Below are positions 56,982 to 64,000 of a stretch of DNA of 64,000 bases, one piece after another. The position numbers and the translations under genes are program-made. The notes beneath the pieces are model-generated. The model searched no databases and was not told where the DNA came from. It was given only the letters and a program-made list of their open reading frames with translations. Source of the DNA: Porphyromonas sp. (GTDB lineage Bacteria; Bacteroidota; Bacteroidia; Bacteroidales; Porphyromonadaceae); the NCBI GenBank assembly GCA_030532005.1, contig JAUNLZ010000001.1:7242-71241 (forward strand), given 5' to 3'. Each line of letters begins with the position of its first letter. Position 1 is the stretch's first letter.

Positions 56982-58424
56982 TCAGCCTACCGACCCTTCG
57001 AGCGAGATGGACAGCAACTTCTGTGCCTCTACCGCAAACTCCATCGGCAGATGATTCATCACCTCTTTGGCATAACCGTTGATGATCAATCCTACCGCCT
57101 CCTCTACCGGGATGCCCCGCTGGTTGCAATAAAAGAGTTGGTCCTCGGAGATTTTGGAGGTGGTCGCCTCATGCTCGATGATGGCGGACGGGTTGTGTAC
57201 CTCGGCGTAGGGGAAGGTATGCGCTCCGCACTTGTCCCCGATCAGCAAACTGTCGCACTGTGAGTGGTTACGGGCATTTTGAGCATTACTGCTGATCTTG
57301 ACCAAACCTCGATAACTGTTTTCACTAAAACCTGCCGATATACCTTTGGAAACGATGCGACTGCGGGTATTTTTGCCTAAATGGATCATCTTGGTACCGG
57401 TGTCGGCCTGTTGGTAATTGTTGGTCACGGCAACGGAGTAAAACTCCCCCACCGAGTCGTCGCCTTGGAGGATACAGCTGGGGTACTTCCAGGTGATGGC
57501 CGATCCGGTCTCCACCTGCGTCCAAGAGATCTTGGAGCGGTCGCCCTTGCAGATGCCACGCTTCGTAACGAAGTTATAGATACCCCCTTTGCCCTCTTTG
57601 TCACCGGGGTACCAGTTTTGGACAGTAGAGTATTTGACCTCCGCATCCTTTTCCGCTATGATCTCTACCACAGCGGCGTGCAACTGGTTGTCATCACGCA
57701 TCGGTGCGGTACAGCCTTCCAAGTAACTGACGTAGGCCCCCTCGTCGGCGACTATCAAAGTACGCTCAAACTGTCCGGTATTCATAGCGTTGATACGGAA
57801 GTAGGTACTCAGCTCCATCGGACAACGAACCCCTTTGGGGATGTAGACGAAAGAGCCGTCGGAGAAGACCGCGGCATTGAGCGAAGCAAAGAAATTATCT
57901 TTGTAGCCCACCACGGTACCCAAGTACTTTTTGATTAACTCGGGATACTCTCTCAACGCCTCACTGATAGACATAAAGATGATGCCTTTCTCCGCCAGGG
58001 TCTCTCGGAATGTGGTGCGAACCGAAGAGCTGTCTACCACGGCGTCAACCGCATAGCCGGCGAGCGCCTTTCGTTCATTGATCGGGATACCGAGTTTCTC
58101 AAACGTCCGCTCCAACTCCGGATCCATAGGTTCGTCCTCCCCCTTTTTCTGCTTGGGTTGGGCAAAGTAAATCACCTCTTGGAAATCGATCTCCGGCAGA
58201 TCGAGATGCGCCCAATCGGGCATCTCGAGCGTGAGCCAATGGCGGTAAGCCTCCAAGCGTCGCTCCAACATCCACTCCGGTTCGTCCTTCTTACTCGAGA
58301 TCAGCCGTATGGTCTCCTCCGTCAGTCCTTTGGGTATATACTCCGTCTCTACATCGGTCGTCCAGCCGTATTCATATTCCGACTGTGTGACTTTATCAAT
58401 TATATCATCAAAACTTTCACTCAT
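56982..58424 (-). CDS. sufB: Fe-S cluster assembly protein SufB
   Basis: [39 protein letters not shown]. Confidence 0.96.
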   Translation of the reverse strand: MSESFDDIIDKVTQSEYEYGWTTDVETEYIPKGLTEETIRLISSKKDEPEWMLERRLEAYRHWLTLEMPDWAHLDLPEIDFQEVIYFAQPKQKKGEDEPMDPELERTFEKLGIPINERKALAGYAVDAVVDSSSVRTTFRETLAEKGIIFMSISEALREYPELIKKYLGTVVGYKDNFFASLNAAVFSDGSFVYIPKGVRCPMELSTYFRINAMNTGQFERTLIVADEGAYVSYLEGCTAPMRDDNQLHAAVVEIIAEKDAEVKYSTVQNWYPGDKEGKGGIYNFVTKRGICKGDRSKISWTQVETGSAITWKYPSCILQGDDSVGEFYSVAVTNNYQQADTGTKMIHLGKNTRSRIVSKGISAGFSENSYRGLVKISSNAQNARNHSQCDSLLIGDKCGAHTFPYAEVHNPSAIIEHEATTSKISEDQLFYCNQRGIPVEEAVGLIINGYAKEVMNHLPMEFAVEAQKLLSISLEGSVG

Positions 58425-58960
58425 ATTGCATACTGTGTTGTGTCGGTCGGTGTACTCTCTCCCTGCGGAGATAAATGCTCTTCCACTCCTCTTTGGATTA
58501 ACAGACGAGTGGGTAATATTGTTTCGCCCATCTTTTGGAGTTCCGTGGCTATAGAAGACTCTTGCAAGACGGCGGGCCAGCCGTATCTCGGACTGAGCGA
58601 ACTGTAGAAATTGAGGAGGATCACCGACATCATGGTGGTGACCGCCAAGGAGAGCAAAGCTCCGGCAAACTTATTGAGTCCACCCAATACGGCGTCAACG
58701 CCTTTGAGGAAAAATCGCAATAGGAGTCGGCTCAGATAGACTACTATGACAAATGAGATGAGCCAAGTGATCCAACCGACGGTGACGGTCACCCCCTTGT
58801 TGGAGAGCAGATCTACCAACACCTTAGAGATGGGTGCCGCCAACAGCCACGCCAAAATGATGCTTCCCAATTGGATGGCTTGGAAAATAAAACCGCTCCT
58901 GTAACCTCGGAGCAATGAGATGCCCAAGATGACCAGGAGCGTGATATCTAACCAGTGCAT
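58421..58960 (-). CDS. CvpA (colicin V production) family membrane protein
   Basis: WLDI...GY.SGFI, LNKFAGA; lies between infB and sufB. Confidence 0.8.
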   Translation of the reverse strand: MHWLDITLLVILGISLLRGYRSGFIFQAIQLGSIILAWLLAAPISKVLVDLLSNKGVTVTVGWITWLISFVIVVYLSRLLLRFFLKGVDAVLGGLNKFAGALLSLAVTTMMSVILLNFYSSLSPRYGWPAVLQESSIATELQKMGETILPTRLLIQRGVEEHLSPQGESTPTDTTQYAI

Positions 58961-58974
58961 ACTTGTCAGGAGAT

Positions 58975-59006
58975 AAAAGAAGAGGTTGGCAATGGTCTAC
59001 CAACCC
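58975..59006 (-). terminator. Weak terminator-like hairpin after infB
   Basis: GGTTGG / CCAACC stem, followed by TCTTCTTTT on the minus strand. Confidence 0.35.
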
Positions 59007-59024
59007 CCTCATATATATATGATG

Positions 59025-62000
59025 TTATGAAAGTTTACGTTCCACCTTGGTTTCTTCGTACGCTTCGATGATATCACCGACCTGTACGTCGTTGTAATTC
59101 TCAATATTCAGACCGCACTCCAAGCCGGCCACCACCTCTTTGACATCGTCCTTGAAGCGTTTGAGCGAACCCAAAGCTCCCGTGTGGACCACCACACCGT
59201 CGCGGATCACGCGGATCTTATCGGTGCGAGAGACTTTGCCCTCCACCACATAACAACCGGCAATGGTACCCACCTTAGATACCTTGAAGGTCTCACGCAC
59301 CTCGATATTGGCGGTGACACGCTCCTTGATCTCAGGCGACAACATACCCTCCATCGCTGTGGTGACATCATCCAACGCATCGTAGATGATAGAGTAGGTA
59401 CGGATCTCCACACCCTCGTTTTCCGCCATACGCTTGGCACCCTGAGCCGGACGTACTTGGAAACCGATGATGATGGCATCGGACGCCGAAGCCAAGATCA
59501 CATCGCTCTCGGTAATCTGACCGATACCCTTGTGGATGACATTGACCTTGATCTCCTCTGTAGAGAGCTTGACGATAGAGTCTGACAGCGCCTCAACCGA
59601 ACCGTCCATATCACCTTTGACGATGATATTGAGTTCCTGCACATTGCCCTCGGCAATCCGACGGCTGAGATCCATCAGTGACGGCAAGTGCTGTGTCCGC
59701 TCTCGCTGTTCGCGTTTGAGTTGACTGCGGCGGGTAGCTATATCCCTCGCCTCCTGCTCGGTGTCGAGCACATTCATCACCTCACCCGCCTGTGTAGCAC
59801 CGTTGAGTCCGAGTACTTTGACCGGCTCCGACGGCCCCACAGACTCTACATTTTGACCCCGCTCATTAAAGAGCGCTTTGACCCTACCGAAGTTGGCGCC
59901 CGCAAGGATGTAATCACCCATATGCAATGTACCCTCCTGTACCAAAACCTTGGTGGTGTAGCCTCTGCCTTGCTCCATGGTACTCTCGAGTACCGACGCC
60001 ACAGCCTTTTTATCAGGGTTGGCTTTGAGATCCATCACCTCAGCCTCGAGGAGCACTTTCTCCAAAAGTTCGTGTATACCGATATTCTTTTTAGCGGAAA
60101 TCTCCTGGCTTTGATATTTACCGCCCCAGTCCTCCACCAAGTAGTTGAGGTTGGCGAGTTCCTCTTTGATCTTGTCGGGATTGGCGTGCGGCTTATCAAT
60201 TTTATTGATGGCAAAGACAATAGGCACCCCGGCTATCGAAGCGTGGCTGAGCGCCTCCTTGGTCTGTGGCATCACACCGTCATCCGCCGCCACTACAATA
60301 ATCACGATGTCGGTCACCTTGGCACCTCTCGCACGCATCGCCGTAAAGGCTTCGTGACCCGGAGTATCAAGGAGAGTAATCTTGCGACCATCTCCAAGAG
60401 TCACGCTATAAGCACCGATATGTTGGGTGATACCGCCCGCCTCAGTATTGATGACGTCGGCATTGCGGATGGCATCCAAGAGCGAAGTCTTACCGTGGTC
60501 TACGTGACCCATCACCGTTACGATAGGGGCGCGAGGCAATAGATCTTCTTCCTCGTCATCCTCCACCTCAATCATATCAAGGACTTGGGCCTCAACGTAC
60601 TCAGGTTGATAGCCGTACTCATCCAAGATGATGTCTATGGTATCTTTCTCCAACCTTTGGTTGATAGAAATAATCAGACCAAGGTTAAAACAGATCATGA
60701 TAATGTCATTGACCGGCACATCAATCATCTGTGCCAAGTCATTGGCGGTAACATACTCCGTCAGCTGCAAAGTCTTATCCTGTCTGAGTGCCTGCTCCTC
60801 GGCATCCATCTCACGGCGGTGGGCCTCTCGTTTCTCCTTACGGTACTTGGCCGCTTGAGTAGTACCCTTACGTCTACCGCCTTGGATAGCCGCCATCGTC
60901 TCGCGGATCTGCTTCTGGATATCCTCCTGAGTGATTTCCGGCTTCTCTTGCTGCTTTGCCTTACGTTTGGCCTTCCGACCCTTCTCCTGTCGCTGTTGGG
61001 TCTTTGCCTCGGCATTGCGATTGTTGTTCCTCGCGTTGCGGTTATTATTATTCTGCCCCTCCTTATTTCCTTGTTGCTTGTTGCCGGTGCGGTTGGACTT
61101 GGCGCCTTGGGCATTATTTTGCTTCTTGCCCTCCTGCTCCACATCCACCTTACCGCCACGGATACGCTTACGTTCGCGACGCTTGGCAGGTTTCTTCTTC
61201 TCCTCAAACGAAGAGAGGTCAATCTTGCCCACAACCGTCACTCCCACATCCGGCGTACCGAGACGAGTGACATTACTGCTCTCGGCAGGAGCACTCTTCT
61301 CCTCGGCTTCTATCTTGGTCGGCTTGGTAGGTTTGATAATCGGTTTATCGACCGGTTTAGTCACAGCCGGTTCGGACTTATTAGTTTTAGGAGCCTCCAC
61401 CTTAGGCATCTCCTGTTTCGTCCCTTCTTTCTTAGGGGACTCCTGTTTGCGAACTTCCGACTTTGGAGTCACCTTTTTAGCCACCTCAGCTTGGGGTTCT
61501 TGTACCTTTGTCTCCGGTTTAGGCTCCGGCTTGGGATCCGGCTAGGCTTCCGGAATCACATACGGCTTCGGTTCCGGTTTAGGCTCCTGCTTTGGATCCG
61601 GTTTACACTCCGTCTTAGGTTCTGAGTTGTCTCCTGTTTGAGCTCTTGTTTATGTTGAGTCTTTTTCTTAGGATTAGGCTCCGGCTTAGGTTCCGGTTTC
61701 ACCTCCGGTTTAGGCTCCGGTTTAGATTCGGCCGGTGCTATCACATTCCCTTTGGCATCCAACTCCACCTTACCCAGCACTTTGAGTCCCACCTCACTAT
61801 CTTGTTGGGGTTGCTCTTGAGCCTTAGCTCCCGCATCCTTGGTCACAGACGGTTGGGTAGCCTTGCTATTGTTGCTAACCTCCGACTTAGACGCAGCACC
61901 TGAAGTGTAGCCCTCGATCAGCTTTTGACGCTGCTCGGGCGAAAGTTCACGACCGAAACGATTAACCACAGACTTCACTTCGTCAGCTGTCAATTTGCTG

Positions 62001-62107
62001 TTAGGGTTGTATCCCTTCGTCTCATCTTTTTCATTCAAAAAGTCGACGATGGGCTTAAATCCGGCACCCAAATCCTTGGCTATTTTGCTTATTTTTATGC
62101 TGGGCAT
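59025..62107 (-). CDS. infB: Translation initiation factor IF-2, interrupted in this sequence (frameshift near 61625 and TAG at 61542-61544)
   Basis: The N-terminal part (62107-61556, [13 protein letters not shown]) and the C-terminal part (61484-59025; [28 protein letters not shown]) join across a corrupted PEPK repeat. Confidence 0.93.
61510..61730 (-). repeat. 12-nt (KPEP)n coding tandem repeat in infB
   Basis: Units like AAACCGGAGCCT repeated about 17 times, degenerate in the middle. Confidence 0.8.
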
Positions 62108-62133
62108 ATTCTCCTTTCCTCTTTTCGCTCTTA

Positions 62134-63528
62134 TTATTGTTCCTCCTCCTCTTCTTCGTTGGTCTCCTCTGTACCGTCTACAACATCCTCCATCGGCTCC
62201 TCCTCCGCATACTCTTCATAGTACCTCGGGTCACGTGGAGGCAAGTGGCCGTATTGATCGTCAGGCAGTTCGTTATCATCAAACTCCGTCATCAGTATCT
62301 GCACCACATTGTCAATGGTGCTCTCCTCAAGGTCAGTGGCTCTGATCAATTCCTCCTTGGAGCGACGAAGTACCGACTTGGCGGTCTCACAGCCGATACC
62401 CTTAAAGGTATCAATCACCCAGCCGTCAATCTCATCGTCAAACTCGGTAAGGAAAAGGTCACTCATATCCATATTCTGACTCTCGTCGCGGTAGATATCA
62501 ATCTCAAAGCCGGTCAACATAGTGGCCAACTTGATATTTTTACCGCCTTTACCGATCGCTTCGGAGATCTGATCCTTATTGAGGAAGACATCGGCACGCT
62601 TGGTATCCTCATGTAGTTTGACCTCCATATTCTTGGCGGGCGCCAAGGCACGCTGCACGAAAAGTATCGGATTGGCAGTGTACTGTATGACGTCGATGCT
62701 CTCGTTGCACAACTCAGCCACCACACCTTGGATACGACTGCCGCGTACACCCACTACGGCGCCTACGGGGTCAATTCGGTCATCGTAGCTCTCAACCGCC
62801 ACCTTCGCCTTTTCACCCGGTATGCGCGCCACCGCCTTGATGGTCACCAAACCGTCAACCACCTCTGGCACCTCACGCTCAAAGAGGCGGATCATAAACT
62901 GGTTAGAAACACGGCTCAAGATGATCTTGGGGTTGTTGTTATTGTATTCCACCCGCTCTATGATGGCATTGATGCGGTCACCTTTCTTAAAACGGTCACG
63001 CGGAATAGCCAAAGACTTGGGGAGTATCAGCTCATTTTCCTCATCATCCATCAGCAAGATCTCCTTCTTCCACACCTGATAGATTTCGGCACTGATCATC
63101 TCACCCACACGCTTACTATAGTTGGCATAGAGGGTATCCTTCTCCAGCTCCATCACCTTGCTGCTGAGCGACTGTTTGAGGTTAAGAATGGCACGACGAC
63201 CGAACTTCTCAAACTTCACCTCGTCAATATACTCCTCACCCAACTCCAAGTCCTCTTCGCCCAAGGCACGGATCTCACCGATCGAGACCTGTTGCATCTC
63301 ATTCTCGACCTCACCGTCAGACACCACGATACGACGGCGCCAGATCTCCAAGTCACCCTTCATAGGGTTGACGATCACGTCAAAGTTATGGTCGGTACCA
63401 AACATCTTTGCTATTACATTACGCAAAGACTCCTCCATCACTTTAACCATCGTATCCTCGTCGATGTTTTTGAGCCCCATATATTCGGTCAGGGCTTCCA
63501 TCATAGTCGGTTCCTTTTTCTTAGCCAT
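62134..63528 (-). CDS. nusA: Transcription termination/antitermination factor NusA
   Basis: FGRRAI, IILSR, ARIPGEKAKVAV, DPVGAVVGVRGSRI, AIGKGGKNIKLA; start MAKKK at 63528. Confidence 0.96.
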   Translation of the reverse strand: MAKKKEPTMMEALTEYMGLKNIDEDTMVKVMEESLRNVIAKMFGTDHNFDVIVNPMKGDLEIWRRRIVVSDGEVENEMQQVSIGEIRALGEEDLELGEEYIDEVKFEKFGRRAILNLKQSLSSKVMELEKDTLYANYSKRVGEMISAEIYQVWKKEILLMDDEENELILPKSLAIPRDRFKKGDRINAIIERVEYNNNNPKIILSRVSNQFMIRLFEREVPEVVDGLVTIKAVARIPGEKAKVAVESYDDRIDPVGAVVGVRGSRIQGVVAELCNESIDVIQYTANPILFVQRALAPAKNMEVKLHEDTKRADVFLNKDQISEAIGKGGKNIKLATMLTGFEIDIYRDESQNMDMSDLFLTEFDDEIDGWVIDTFKGIGCETAKSVLRRSKEELIRATDLEESTIDNVVQILMTEFDDNELPDDQYGHLPPRDPRYYEEYAEEEPMEDVVDGTEETNEEEEEEQ

Positions 63529-63608
63529 ATAATGTCTATTAGTGAGCATCTGACCCCAAGCAGTCCTATGACCACTCTCAAAGCCGTCAGGCTCGTGATC
63601 TGATCTTC

Positions 63609-64000
63609 TTAAACTTTCAATAAATAGGTGGCGCGTTTGATATCCGCGTAGGCGATATCAAGCTGATGCTCCACGGCACGTTTGCGACGCTCTCCCTCGG
63701 GCTTTTCCATCCGAGTGACAGTCAGCACGATACCGTTATCGTCCGCACTTTGCAGTACACCCACCTCCTTCACCCCCTTTTTGAGAAGCACCTCCAACTC
63801 CTTCCCCACAAACTTACGGTAGCGACGTACACCCTCCAACGGAGTGGTGAGACCGGCACTGGAGACCTCCAATTCAAAATCCTCTTGGTCTCTATCCAAC
63901 GCCCCCTCTATATGTTTGGTCAGAGCAACGATAGTATCAATATCCACCGGGTCGGTGTCATGATCCACCTCCACCTCTATTTTATTGGCGCCGCTGATCT
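63609..64000 (-). CDS. rimP: Ribosome maturation factor RimP (partial, start lies beyond the window)
   Basis: DFELEVSSAGLTTPL, RYRKFVGKEL; frame is open to the window edge; upstream of nusA. Confidence 0.9.
   Translation of the reverse strand, partial: ISGANKIEVEVDHDTDPVDIDTIVALTKHIEGALDRDQEDFELEVSSAGLTTPLEGVRRYRKFVGKELEVLLKKGVKEVGVLQSADDNGIVLTVTRMEKPEGERRKRAVEHQLDIAYADIKRATYLLKV

Noticed and set aside
54867-58424. sufBCD without adjacent sufS/sufE
   Set aside because: Split suf loci are common and these genes may lie elsewhere in the genome, so this cannot be judged from the window.

Overview
A 64-kb core-chromosome window from a Bacteroidales bacterium, most likely Porphyromonadaceae. This rests on gene content and order and on TAnnTTTG (-7) promoter motifs in front of many operons. 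Genes in order: the end of moxR; the bat (aerotolerance) operon extended by a PAP2 phosphatase, a sugar-kinase-like phosphotransferase, a DgkA/UdpK kinase and cbiZ; DUF4831 plus a POT peptide transporter; a full biotin operon (bioB-A-F-G-C-D); meaB; glyQS-FKBP-surE-lpxB; pirin; an operon of TPR protein-mltG-nif3-zinc ribbon; pyrH; nlpE; tsaD-cinA-recQ; envelope proteins; GH125; an AlaX-like protein, glyoxalase and an S24 repressor; an rluA-like gene; dsbD; mazG; mutS-ispB-gpmA; and rimP-nusA-infB-cvpA-sufBCD. I found no rRNA, tRNA, CRISPR array, transposase or prophage. Five things stand out. (1) A 103-codon leader ORF is followed by an intrinsic terminator only 12 nt before bioB, a candidate attenuation-type biotin control system. 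(2) A family of about 365-bp REP/REPIN-like palindromic elements is present: one copy at 19.3 kb, three tandem copies at 36.4-37.6 kb, and a diverged solo arm that seems to serve as the gpmA/sufD terminator. Their stems covary and one hairpin is internally flipped. (3) One protein combines Sm/Hfq-like, cold-shock-like and TPR segments. (4) A LexA/CI-like S24 repressor has two HTH domains and lies outside any prophage. (5) infB is split within its PEPK repeat, probably a sequence artefact. All family calls are by eye from motifs; no searches were run.
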